From assembly GCA_963675755.2 (NCBI GenBank), contig CAXXMD010000002.1, forward strand, positions 512,001-576,000: DNA of 64,000 nt, read 5' to 3'. The notes under the pieces are model-generated. The model worked only from the letters and a program-made list of their open reading frames with translations, made no database searches and had not been told where the DNA came from. Made by a program: the position numbers and the translations under genes. Positions 42,949 through 52,179 of the stretch are shown here, piece by piece (within the stretch, counting starts at the first letter, position 1; each line of letters starts with the position of its first letter). The DNA is from a bacterium. Lineage in GTDB: Bacteria; Zhuqueibacterota; Zhuqueibacteria; Residuimicrobiales; Krinioviventaceae.

Positions 42949-42970
42949 TTGTAAATATACATATTCACAA
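42949..42970. promoter_or_regulatory. 22-bp imperfect palindrome upstream of rnfB
   Basis: TTGTAAATAT-AC-ATATTCACAA (one mismatch) in the divergent intergenic region. Confidence 0.35.
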
Positions 42971-43075
42971 ATTGAATTGCAAGTTTTTAAATGATTTTAA
43001 AAATGGAATATTAAGTATTGAATTTCACCTTTTTTTTTTATATTAATAAAAAAAGGATGAATTAAAAAATATTGA

Positions 43076-43465
43076 ATGGTAATGCGTAAACAAATTCTTG
43101 TTGTTGATGATGAAAAGGAAATCCGAGAGATTCTTGAGATAACCTTCAAGGATGCGGGATTTTTTGTAACCGCTGTGGGCACAGGCGAAGAAGCAATTGA
43201 AATCTTTAAAAGGGATGAGTATCTGGTTGTGTTTCTGGATGTACGCCTGCCCGGGTTATCTGGTTTTGATATATGTCAGGAAATGAAAAAATTAAAACCA
43301 CATGCTTATATTGTTGCTATGACAGGGTATACAGATCTGTTTGATCAAAAAAAATGTCTTGAAGCCGGTTTTGATTATTATTTTCCAAAACCCTTTCGAT
43401 TTAAACATTTAATGGAATTGGCCCGAAATGCGCTTGAACGTGTTGAGTGGTGGAAAAAGTATTAA
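43076..43465 (+). CDS. Single-domain response regulator
   Basis: ILVVDDE, FLDVRLPGLSG, AMTGY, PKPF. No output domain. Confidence 0.92.
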   Translation: MVMRKQILVVDDEKEIREILEITFKDAGFFVTAVGTGEEAIEIFKRDEYLVVFLDVRLPGLSGFDICQEMKKLKPHAYIVAMTGYTDLFDQKKCLEAGFDYYFPKPFRFKHLMELARNALERVEWWKKY

Positions 43466-43496
43466 TTGCAGATCATATTGAAGAGTAGAATACTGA

Positions 43497-44918
43497 ATGA
43501 TTACGTTACATAATAAATATGCAATCCTCATTGGAGTTCCTGCTTATTCTGACAGCATTAAACCCCTTTCTTATGCATTTAATGATGCTTATCGAATGTC
43601 TGCTGTGTTGAAAGAAGGGGGGTATTCCTTTAAAAAAGTCTTTTTGCTTTCGGCTCAAGATAAAGGTTCTGAACATATTTATGCTTCACCAACCCGTGAA
43701 AATATACTTTCAGTTGTTAAGCGCGTTGCTGAACTGGCACAGGAAGGTGATTCTATTTTATTCTATTTTTCCGGTCACGCAGTTGATATTTTAGGTAGAC
43801 CTTATTTAATTGCTTCTGATACGCAACTTGATTATTTACTGAGTTCAGCAATCTCTCTTTCAGAAATTTATGATCTATTAAAAAATTCAAAATGTGATCA
43901 GGTTTTTAGAATTTTTGATGTATGCCGTACCCACTTTGCCCAGGGGCGTACTTTAATTTCAAAAATGACTGAAAATAATCTTGCCGGCTTTACCGAGAAC
44001 TATCCGGGACATGCTACTTTTATATCGTGTTCACCGGGTGAATATGCACATGAATCAATTATACACAAGCAGGGTGTTTTTAGTTATTATCTAAATAATG
44101 CATTGAGTGGATTAGTTGAAAAAGAAGGCAATATTTTTTGGGACCTTGTGGCGGATTATGTTAAAATTAATGTTAATGATTGGTGCAGAGATAACGGGCA
44201 GCAACAAACGCCTATTGTAAGATCTTCTTTTAATCACCCCGTAGTAGTATGTCTGGCACCGTACAAGGAGAAACGTCAGTTTACTCCTAAAATTGAAATT
44301 GAAAAAGCTGCTCCCAACGAAATAGATCCTCAGGTTGATAAGAATGATACCATGATGGTTAATTCACAAAATGTAAATGCGTTATATCATAAAAATCAAA
44401 TAAAACCTGTTGTGAAAACCAAAAAACTGGTAACAGAAAATACATTCGAGAATGCACTAAAGGTGTTACTAGATTCTACGGATGGTTTTATTAAAGATTT
44501 TTCAAATCCAGCCATTTCTGTTTTTCGAACGGAACCCGTCAATCTTTCGATCATGTCTTATTTTGTAAATACGGAATTTCAAAAGTTTCTGGAATTGAAT
44601 AATCCGGATTTTAATATAGAGCAGAGTAAGGCATTACAAATTTTCTTTAAAAATACAATGTCAAATGTACCCCATACTTCATTATATATAAATTTGGTTA
44701 AATTTCCCCAATATTATTGGGTTTGGTATTGCCTACCATTTGAGACATTGAGGAGTGAGGGGGATTTTGTGCCCGCAAATCCTTTAAAGATTGATTATTT
44801 TTCATTACGTGAACCGCAAATATATGATCCTGTAAAAATTGGAAAAATTATTAGTGATATTTTCCGTGATTGTACGGAAACCATTATACAATGGATAAAA
44901 GAATTAAATATTAAATAA
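43497..44918 (+). CDS. Peptidase C14 (caspase-like/orthocaspase) domain + unknown C-terminal domain
   Basis: YAILIGV..Y, L.YAFNDA, PTRENIL, FYFSGH94A, IFDVC143R, GVFSYYL...L.G, QQTP. Confidence 0.85.
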   Translation: MITLHNKYAILIGVPAYSDSIKPLSYAFNDAYRMSAVLKEGGYSFKKVFLLSAQDKGSEHIYASPTRENILSVVKRVAELAQEGDSILFYFSGHAVDILGRPYLIASDTQLDYLLSSAISLSEIYDLLKNSKCDQVFRIFDVCRTHFAQGRTLISKMTENNLAGFTENYPGHATFISCSPGEYAHESIIHKQGVFSYYLNNALSGLVEKEGNIFWDLVADYVKINVNDWCRDNGQQQTPIVRSSFNHPVVVCLAPYKEKRQFTPKIEIEKAAPNEIDPQVDKNDTMMVNSQNVNALYHKNQIKPVVKTKKLVTENTFENALKVLLDSTDGFIKDFSNPAISVFRTEPVNLSIMSYFVNTEFQKFLELNNPDFNIEQSKALQIFFKNTMSNVPHTSLYINLVKFPQYYWVWYCLPFETLRSEGDFVPANPLKIDYFSLREPQIYDPVKIGKIISDIFRDCTETIIQWIKELNIK

Positions 44919-45053
44919 TTCGGGGAATTTTCCAAATTCAATCATGCCAAAAATGTAATTTAAGTTTACTATTGTAAAAAAAACTTGCACTAAACAAAAA
45001 ATTTTATTAAGTTTATTAGCTTTTGTGGTTCTGAAATCGTTTTTGGATAATAA

Positions 45054-46379
45054 ATGTTTAATGAAATTTCTGAAAAATTTGATGGCGTAATACGCAAGCT
45101 GAAAGGGCATGGTAAACTTTCGGAAAAGAATATTTCCGAAACCATGCGTGAGGTGCGTCGTGTATTGCTTGAAGCAGATGTGAATTATAAAGTTGCCAAG
45201 CAATTTATTGCAGATGTTCAGGAACGAGCCATTGGGCAGGAGGTAGTAAAAAGTATTACCCCGGGTCAACAAGTTGTTAAAATAATTCATGACGAGTTGA
45301 CAAAACTGATGGGAAGTAAAAACTCTCAGATTCAGTTTTCAAATAGAATTCCCGGTGTAGTAATGTTAGTCGGTTTGCAGGGATCTGGTAAAACTACATT
45401 TGCAGGCAAGTTAGGCATGCATTTACGATCTAAAAGTCGCAATCCTATGCTTGTTGCTGCTGATATTTACCGACCTGCCGCTATTCAACAGTTAAAAGTT
45501 GTTGGAAAAGCAACCAATAATACTACCTATTCTGAAGAAAGTAAAGACGCTGTAGCAATTTGTAAGAATGCTGTAGAGTTTGCTCGCAAGAATATTAAAG
45601 ATACTGTCATTATTGATACCGCAGGCCGTCTTCATATAGATGACGAAATGATGACAGAGCTTTTAAATATTAAAAATGCAGTTAATCCGGATGAGATCCT
45701 GTTCGTTGCAGATGGGATGACTGGTCAGGATGCTGTAAATACCGCAAAAACCTTTTTAGAAAAATTGGATTTTGACGGTGTTGTATTAACCAAAATGGAT
45801 GGTGACTCACGAGGTGGTGCGGCATTATCCATTCGGGCTGTTACTGGTAAACCAATAAAGTTCACCAGTATCGGTGAAAAATTTGATCAGCTTGAAGTTT
45901 TCTATCCCGACAGAATGGCTTCCCGTATTTTGGGAATGGGTGATATTGTTACTCTGGTAGAAAAAGCACAAGATGCTGTTGATGAAGAAAAGGCTTTAAA
46001 ACTTGAACGTAAATTGCGCAGGCAAGAGTTCACCCTCGAAGACTTTAAAGACCAGCTTCAGCAGATCAAAAAGATGGGACCCTTGCAAGATATTTTGGCA
46101 ATGATTCCCGGAATGCAAAATAAAGCTTTAAGCCAGGTCCAGGTTGACGATCGAGCTTTGGTCAAGGTTGAGGCTATTATTAATTCCATGACGCGTGATG
46201 AACGAAGACGTCCAACCGTTATGAATGGAAGTAGACGTAAACGTGTTGCACTTGGCAGCGGAACATCTGTTCAAGATGTTAATCGTGTGCTGAAGCAATT
46301 CGAAACCATGCAAAAAATGATGAAAATGATGAATAAAAAGGGCGGCAAGATGAACATGGGCATGCCGTTTGGATTTTAA
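45054..46379 (+). CDS. ffh: Signal recognition particle protein
   Basis: LLEADV, GLQGSGKTT, DTAGR, TKMDG, RILGMGD, Met-rich M domain. Confidence 0.98.
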   Translation: MFNEISEKFDGVIRKLKGHGKLSEKNISETMREVRRVLLEADVNYKVAKQFIADVQERAIGQEVVKSITPGQQVVKIIHDELTKLMGSKNSQIQFSNRIPGVVMLVGLQGSGKTTFAGKLGMHLRSKSRNPMLVAADIYRPAAIQQLKVVGKATNNTTYSEESKDAVAICKNAVEFARKNIKDTVIIDTAGRLHIDDEMMTELLNIKNAVNPDEILFVADGMTGQDAVNTAKTFLEKLDFDGVVLTKMDGDSRGGAALSIRAVTGKPIKFTSIGEKFDQLEVFYPDRMASRILGMGDIVTLVEKAQDAVDEEKALKLERKLRRQEFTLEDFKDQLQQIKKMGPLQDILAMIPGMQNKALSQVQVDDRALVKVEAIINSMTRDERRRPTVMNGSRRKRVALGSGTSVQDVNRVLKQFETMQKMMKMMNKKGGKMNMGMPFGF

Positions 46380-46396
46380 AATGGAGGTACTACAGC

Positions 46397-46927
46397 TTGT
46401 CAGTTAAATTACGTTTAACCCGGATGGGTAGAAAAAAATTGCCTTATTATCGAATCGTGGCAATTGATTCCCGCAAACGTCGTGATGGTGAATACCTTGA
46501 TAAAATAGGTCATTATAATCCTGTAAGCGATCCGGTTGAAATTGTAATAGATAAAGAAAAAGCAATATCCTGGCTTGAAAAAGGTGCAATTCCTTCAGAT
46601 ACTGTTAAAAGTTTTATGAGCCGTAAAGGTATTTTGCTTGAATGGGACCTGAAAAAACAAGGTCTTGATGCCGATGCAATTGAAAAAGAATTGGCAAAAT
46701 GGCGTCAACAACAGGAAGACCGTACCAAACGTAAAGAAGCTATGGCAGCTATGAAGCAGCGTGAAGTTGAAAATGAAGTTGCTAAAAAAGAAGCAGAAGA
46801 GAAAGCTCAGGCAGAAGCTGATGCCGCTGCTGCAGCAGCAGAAGCTGAAGCAGAAGAAGTAGCTGAAGAAGCACCTGCTGAAGAACCTGAAGCTGATGCT
46901 GAATCTGAAGATAAAGTTGAAGAATAG
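46397..46927 (+). CDS. rpsP: 30S ribosomal protein S16 with acidic C-terminal extension
   Basis: VKLRLTRMGRKKLPYYRIV, GHYNP, WLEKGAIPSDTV; E/A-rich tail. Confidence 0.96.
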   Translation: MSVKLRLTRMGRKKLPYYRIVAIDSRKRRDGEYLDKIGHYNPVSDPVEIVIDKEKAISWLEKGAIPSDTVKSFMSRKGILLEWDLKKQGLDADAIEKELAKWRQQQEDRTKRKEAMAAMKQREVENEVAKKEAEEKAQAEADAAAAAAEAEAEEVAEEAPAEEPEADAESEDKVEE

Positions 46928-46948
46928 TAGCAGGTAGGATTTATTCTT

Positions 46949-47488
46949 TTGGATCAGTCAGTTTCTAAATCAGATTTGCCGGAATATGTTGTCATTGGCC
47001 GAGTTACAAAACCTCATGGTATACGTGGTGCTGTTAAAGTAGAGCCAATTACTGATGATCCTGAAAGATTCAAGCTATTAGAATCTGTTTATCTTGCCAA
47101 ATCAGATACTGAAAGAGAAATTTATCAGATATCTGGTATTCAGTATGGTAATAAACAGTTGATCATTTCTTTTGATAATATAGAGTCAAGAAATGATGCT
47201 GAAACTTTACGAGGTCTTTTCATAGAGATTCCGCGATCAGAGTGCTTGCCATTAGATGAAGGCTCCTATTATTATTTTGAATTAATAGGATATACTGTTA
47301 AAACAGATTCAGGCGAGGTTGTTGGTACACTAGATGATGTGTATGAATATCCAGCTAGTGATATGTTTGTGATCCATAAAGATGATAAAGAAATTCTGAT
47401 TCCTGTTATTGATGAATTTATTGATAATGTTGATAATTCAGCCGGTGTGATTACAATAAAACCGGTTGAAGGTTTATTAGAACAATAG
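46949..47488 (+). CDS. rimM: Ribosome maturation factor RimM
   Basis: IGRVTKPHGIRG, RNDAE.LRG, YYYFELIG, EILIP. Confidence 0.95.
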   Translation: MDQSVSKSDLPEYVVIGRVTKPHGIRGAVKVEPITDDPERFKLLESVYLAKSDTEREIYQISGIQYGNKQLIISFDNIESRNDAETLRGLFIEIPRSECLPLDEGSYYYFELIGYTVKTDSGEVVGTLDDVYEYPASDMFVIHKDDKEILIPVIDEFIDNVDNSAGVITIKPVEGLLEQ

Positions 47489-47494
47489 AGTGCT

Positions 47495-48187
47495 TTGGAA
47501 ATACATGTAATTACAGGCTTGCCCAAAATTTTAACGGGCCCACTTACGGAGAGTATAATAGAAAAAGCACAGTCTAAGGGACTGTTGCACCTTTATATTC
47601 ACAATATCAGAGATTATGCTGAAGATAAATACAAGCAGATTGATGATTATCCTTATGGTGGTGGAGCTGGAATGATTTTGAAACCAGAGCCCTTGTTCAA
47701 ATGTTTCAAAGATATCCAGGAACGTTTTGATCTTTTAGATACTCCGGTCACTTTGATGACACCAGCTGGCGATACTTTTAATCAAAGTAAAGCTGTAGAA
47801 TTTTCTTTACGTGATAAGATGGTTTTTCTTTGCGGCCATTATAAAGGTATTGATCAGCGGGTAATAGATACTTTTGTTACTGAACAAGTGTCAATTGGTG
47901 ATTATGTGCTTACTGGTGGTGAACTTGCCGCCATGTGTATAATTGATGCCGTTACCCGGTTGCTGCCGGGTGTAATAGGCGATTTTGATTCAGCAGATAC
48001 TGATTCTTTTCAAACCGGATTGCTTGATCATCCTCATTATACACGGCCTTCTGAATATGAAGGTCAAAAAGTACCGGAAGTGTTACTTTCAGGCAATCAT
48101 AAACTTATTGATGCCTGGAAACAGGAAAAGTCACTAAATGTGACAAAGGAAAAACGTCCAGATCTATACAATAAATATGTTAATTAA
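47495..48187 (+). CDS. trmD: tRNA (guanine-N1)-methyltransferase
   Basis: DDYPYGGGAGM, CGHYKGIDQR, SIGDYVLTGGE, HYTRP, VLLSGNH. Confidence 0.97.
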   Translation: MEIHVITGLPKILTGPLTESIIEKAQSKGLLHLYIHNIRDYAEDKYKQIDDYPYGGGAGMILKPEPLFKCFKDIQERFDLLDTPVTLMTPAGDTFNQSKAVEFSLRDKMVFLCGHYKGIDQRVIDTFVTEQVSIGDYVLTGGELAAMCIIDAVTRLLPGVIGDFDSADTDSFQTGLLDHPHYTRPSEYEGQKVPEVLLSGNHKLIDAWKQEKSLNVTKEKRPDLYNKYVN

Positions 48188-48226
48188 AAGTGAAATATAT
48201 AACCCTCTTTGTAAAGGAGGCTTGAA

Positions 48227-48574
48227 ATGAACAAATTGGATGCGGTATCCGCTTCTCAAACAAAATCTGATATTCCTGTATTCAAAGCCGGTGATACAGT
48301 AAATGTACACGTTAAGGTTATTGAAGGGGATAAAGAAAGAATCCAGGTTTTTCAGGGTGTAGTGATCAATCGCAAAGGTTCAGGTGTAAATGAAATGTTT
48401 ACCGTTCGTAAAATTTCAAATGGTGTAGGCGTTGAACGTATTTTCCCACTCCATTCACCCAATATTGCTAAAATCGAAACCTTGAGAATTGGTAAAGTTA
48501 GAAGAGCCAAATTGTACTATCTTCGTAGTTTGCGTGGTAAAGCTGCCAGAATTGAAGAAAAGCGTGCAAATTAG
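48227..48574 (+). CDS. rplS: 50S ribosomal protein L19
   Basis: [33 protein letters not shown]. Confidence 0.98.
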   Translation: MNKLDAVSASQTKSDIPVFKAGDTVNVHVKVIEGDKERIQVFQGVVINRKGSGVNEMFTVRKISNGVGVERIFPLHSPNIAKIETLRIGKVRRAKLYYLRSLRGKAARIEEKRAN

Positions 48575-48597
48575 GTTTTAAAAAAAAAGTTTTAAAT

Positions 48598-48635
48598 AAA
48601 AAAACCGGTATTAATACTGAATATCGGTTTTTTTT
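48598..48635 (+). terminator. Rho-independent terminator after rplS
   Basis: A-run-CCGGTATT-loop-AATATCGG-T8. Confidence 0.7.
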
Positions 48636-48726
48636 ATTGCACTTGATGAATATTATTCATATTTATCAATATAATAAAACAACGTTTAAATCTCTAAGCA
48701 TTAAACACAATTCAAGGAGAAACACC

Positions 48727-50400
48727 ATGGATTTCCCTGAAAAGCGAACTCTTCAAGAGATTTTCAAAAACACTATCAACTTGTATTCCAATGAAATTGC
48801 TATGGGTTTTGTGGATGAAGAATCCATAACCTATAAAAATTTTGGAAACCAGGCTTCCAGAATGGCCAAATCATTACTTGCATTAGGCGTAAGAAAGGGA
48901 GACAGGGTTGCCATTCTAAGTGAGAATTCTCCTCGTTGGGGCATTTCCTATTTTGCAATAGCTGCTTTGGCAGGAGCAGTAGTAGTACCTGTTTTACCGG
49001 ATTTTCATAAAAATGAAGTTCATCATATTATTAGAAATTCTGGTGCCAAAGTTTTAGTGCTTTCTAGTAAACTTGCTCATAAAGTTGTCGATACGGATTT
49101 CAAAACACTTGAAAACGTAATCGCCATTGATGATAAAAAACTTGGTCTCAAGGGATACAAGATCAATACTTTTACAGAATTGCAAGATACTTCCACTTTA
49201 AAGTCGGATAAATATAATCTGGATGACATTGAAATTAACGAAGACGATCTTTTAGAAATCCTCTATACTTCTGGCACAACAGGGCACTCTAAAGGTGTAA
49301 TGTTGACCCATCGTGGAATTATATCAAATGCTTATTCTGCTAGAATGGTAATTGATATCCGTACAAATGATAGATTATTATCTATTTTACCCATTTCTCA
49401 TTCATATGAATGTACTTGTGGTTTTATTGCACCATTTTCTGCCGGTAGTAAAATGTATTACATTAAAGGTTTACCTACAGCGCAAACCCTTCTTCCAGCG
49501 GTTGCTAAAATCAAACCTACTATACTTTTATCCGTACCCTTGATTATGGACAAGATTTATAAAAAGAAGGTCTTGTCCGAAATCAAATCTAAACCCGTTG
49601 CAAATCGTTTGTATCAAATACCCGCTATGCGCAAGGTGATTAACAAAGTTGCCGGTAAGAAATTATACAAAGCATTTGGTGGACAATTGCGTTTTATGGT
49701 TTTTGGAGGTGCTGCTACTCCTATTGATGTAGAAAACTTTTTAACAGAAGGTGGTTTCCCTTATATTTGTGGTTATGGATTAACTGAAACTGCCCCATTA
49801 TTAACAGTGAATCCTCCTGGAAAAGGCGTTATTGGTTCTGCCGGAATAATCGTTCCAGAAGTAGAGCTTAATATTTACGATCCTGATCCCAATACTGGTA
49901 TTGGTGAGATAACGGCCAAAGGTCCCAATATTATGAAGGGATATTACAGAAATGAAGAAGCCACTAAAAACACTTTTACAGAAGATGGCTGGTTGATAAC
50001 CGGTGACAAGGGTATTATTGATGACAAGGGTTACCTGTTTATCAAAGGTCGTTCAAAAAATCTGATTGTTGGCCCAAGCGGTGAAAATATTTATCCGGAA
50101 GAAATTGAATTTCATATGTCAGAAAATACTTATGTTTTAGAAGCCCTGGTATATGAAAAAGAAGGCAAGGTAGTGGCAAAAGCATATCTTGATTTTGATG
50201 CTATTGATAAAGATCATAATTATTATGAAATGAATGAAAAAGATGCCGCAGATTTGTTGAAAAATATTTTGGAGACAATTCGAAAGGATGTTAATACCAA
50301 AGTTGCATCTTATAGCAGGATTCACAATATAGTTGAACAACGAGAAGAATTTGAAAAGACACCAACAAAAAAGATAAAACGATATTTATACACGAATTAA
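48727..50400 (+). CDS. Long-chain fatty acid-CoA ligase (AMP-binding)
   Basis: YTSGTTGHSKGVML, LPISHSYE, GYGLTET, GPNIMKGYY, TGD, GENIYPEEIE. ATG 48727 follows AAGGAG. Confidence 0.92.
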   Translation: MDFPEKRTLQEIFKNTINLYSNEIAMGFVDEESITYKNFGNQASRMAKSLLALGVRKGDRVAILSENSPRWGISYFAIAALAGAVVVPVLPDFHKNEVHHIIRNSGAKVLVLSSKLAHKVVDTDFKTLENVIAIDDKKLGLKGYKINTFTELQDTSTLKSDKYNLDDIEINEDDLLEILYTSGTTGHSKGVMLTHRGIISNAYSARMVIDIRTNDRLLSILPISHSYECTCGFIAPFSAGSKMYYIKGLPTAQTLLPAVAKIKPTILLSVPLIMDKIYKKKVLSEIKSKPVANRLYQIPAMRKVINKVAGKKLYKAFGGQLRFMVFGGAATPIDVENFLTEGGFPYICGYGLTETAPLLTVNPPGKGVIGSAGIIVPEVELNIYDPDPNTGIGEITAKGPNIMKGYYRNEEATKNTFTEDGWLITGDKGIIDDKGYLFIKGRSKNLIVGPSGENIYPEEIEFHMSENTYVLEALVYEKEGKVVAKAYLDFDAIDKDHNYYEMNEKDAADLLKNILETIRKDVNTKVASYSRIHNIVEQREEFEKTPTKKIKRYLYTN

Positions 50401-50436
50401 AAAAAAAGCCGTTGAAAATTTCAACGGCTTTTTTTT
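50401..50436. terminator. Bidirectional Rho-independent terminator
   Basis: A7-GCCGTTGAA-AAT-TTCAACGGC-T8 between convergent genes. Confidence 0.88.
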
Positions 50437-50443
50437 AATGTAT

Positions 50444-50881
50444 TTAACGATTTTGTACGAGAACTCTTTCTCCGTCCTCAAATACAACACTCATTTTCGA
50501 ATTATTTACAATTTCTTTGACAACACCTAGTCCAAATTTTGCATGGTTAATTGCATCATGTTCTGTAAAGGATTTCGTCATCTCGTATTCTTCGGGATTA
50601 TCGGTATCAACCTTGTTACATAGACGGGTCCATTTTCTCTGTTCGGGAGTTTTGGAAGCGGCTTTGGTAGCAGTTTTTTTAGTAGTACTGCTTTTCTTTG
50701 TTGTTGTTTTTGTTTCAAGGTCAGGTGAACGATATCGATGAGAACTGTTACAACTTTTACAAAGGGCTTTATAAGGTTTGTCGCTTTTGATTACTTCGAT
50801 GACATGTACTGTGGCATCTTTACATTTTCCGCACATTGCTTCAATTTCTTGTCCCACAGCATATGACTTGGATTCGGACAT
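50444..50881 (-). CDS. Hypothetical protein: CxxC...CxxC zinc ribbon, K/T-rich linker, Tudor/SH3-like C-terminal domain
   Basis: CGKC...H...CKSC...H; C-terminus INHAKFGLGVV......KMSVVFEDGERVL. Confidence 0.75.
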   Translation of the reverse strand: MSESKSYAVGQEIEAMCGKCKDATVHVIEVIKSDKPYKALCKSCNSSHRYRSPDLETKTTTKKSSTTKKTATKAASKTPEQRKWTRLCNKVDTDNPEEYEMTKSFTEHDAINHAKFGLGVVKEIVNNSKMSVVFEDGERVLVQNR

Positions 50882-51021
50882 AACTTTTTCCTTTGATTTG
50901 TTATGATATCTATTTTATTTCTCGCAGACTCAATTATAAATGTAAAAAAAATATTTGAATAAAGCAAGGAATGTTTTAACTTATAAAGTTTCAATCGTTT
51001 ATATATTAATTAGGATCAATT

Positions 51022-51474
51022 ATGTCTCTACTGCTACAGTCTATTGGTATTAGTCTTGTTCTTGCTGTTTTCATTTCCGAATTAACCGGGTTATCAGCAG
51101 CCGGATTAATTGTCCCTGGATACTTTGCTTATTATTGGGGAGATCCTGTTCATTTGCTTTTGATCGTATTTGCTACGATTTATACTTGGCTTACCGAACG
51201 ATTTGTTTCCCGGTTTACTATAATGTTTGGTAAACGTGTTTTTGCTTTAACTTTATTATCAAGCTTTGTGTTTATGTATTTAATGGAAAATATCCTTTAT
51301 AATATAGGTTTCCAAATTACCCATATGGGTGATGCTATTGGATATTTTATTCCTGCTTTAATTGTTATATATATTGGTGCTAATGGATTTTTGAATACAT
51401 TTCTATCCTTAGCTTTACTTACATTACTAGTACGAATAATAATGATAGTCTTAATATCTTTGAATTTTATTTAA
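51022..51474 (+). CDS. PgsC/CapC-like (poly-gamma-glutamate biosynthesis) membrane protein
   Basis: IGISLVL....SE.TGLSAAGLIVPGYFA, MFGKR.F, AIGYFIPALI. Confidence 0.8.
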   Translation: MSLLLQSIGISLVLAVFISELTGLSAAGLIVPGYFAYYWGDPVHLLLIVFATIYTWLTERFVSRFTIMFGKRVFALTLLSSFVFMYLMENILYNIGFQITHMGDAIGYFIPALIVIYIGANGFLNTFLSLALLTLLVRIIMIVLISLNFI

Positions 51475-51476
51475 AT

Positions 51477-52106
51477 TTATCTTTTTAACAACTTGAATGC
51501 AATATTGGGACCAAGTTGTTCTTTGTATGCTAAACTTATCCATAACATTGCAAGAGCTTCTAAATTTCTTGCTGCATCAATCTCACCGGCATCAATAACT
51601 TCAAAACCCAATTCAATCGCTAATAATTTTACTGTCTTTTTAGCGTTTTTATCGTTGCCACAGATAAACATGGTCGCTTGTTCAATACCAAACATGGCAT
51701 CCATCATATTTCCGGAACCTGTTGAGTTGAATGCTTTGACAACATTTGCTTGGGGAACTCTGTCAGCAATAATTTCTGCAGCAGATTTACAATTTTCAAA
51801 TTCGATTAAAGTGAGATCTGAATTTAAAGGATTTGTACAGTCCACAATAGTCTTTTTATCAAGCTTTCCAAGTTTTTCTATTGTGTTCAAGGTAGATGAC
51901 CAGGGTGTAGCTAGAACAATTACCTCTGATTGTGATGCGGCTTTATCAATGTCTACTGCTATACTATTGTTACATTCTTTTAATAAAGAGAGTACCTTGG
52001 GGGATTTTGGATTCCTTGAACCAAATGTAATTTCATGGTTCATTGCAGACCAGCGTTTTCCCAGTGCTGTTCCTACTGCTCCGGTGCCAATAATGGAAAT
52101 TTTCAT
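51477..52106 (-). CDS. NADPH-dependent F420 reductase-family oxidoreductase (F420_oxidored)
   Basis: IIGTGAVG, FGSR.P, LATPW, VDCTNPL, VVKAFN, DAG...AAR.LE. Confidence 0.9.
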   Translation of the reverse strand: MKISIIGTGAVGTALGKRWSAMNHEITFGSRNPKSPKVLSLLKECNNSIAVDIDKAASQSEVIVLATPWSSTLNTIEKLGKLDKKTIVDCTNPLNSDLTLIEFENCKSAAEIIADRVPQANVVKAFNSTGSGNMMDAMFGIEQATMFICGNDKNAKKTVKLLAIELGFEVIDAGEIDAARNLEALAMLWISLAYKEQLGPNIAFKLLKR

Positions 52107-52179
52107 AGAACCTCCTGATTATTGTTTTGTATTATCTAAACAACTAATCAAGAGTATTTATTTTATATAATTGGTTTAA

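Noticed and set aside
44919-45053. Possible SRP RNA next to ffh
   Set aside because: The region is very AT-rich and lacks the GC-rich stem and GNRA-loop motif of 4.5S RNA; it looks like a promoter region.
46700-46927. GAAGCA/GAAGCT-rich quasi-repeats
   Set aside because: They encode the Glu/Ala-rich tail of S16, a known extension in several phyla, not a DNA repeat element.
51493-52170. 225-aa + strand ORF
   Set aside because: It is the antisense shadow of the well-supported F420-reductase-family gene and has no recognisable motifs. The other short overlapping ORFs in the track were rejected for the same reason.
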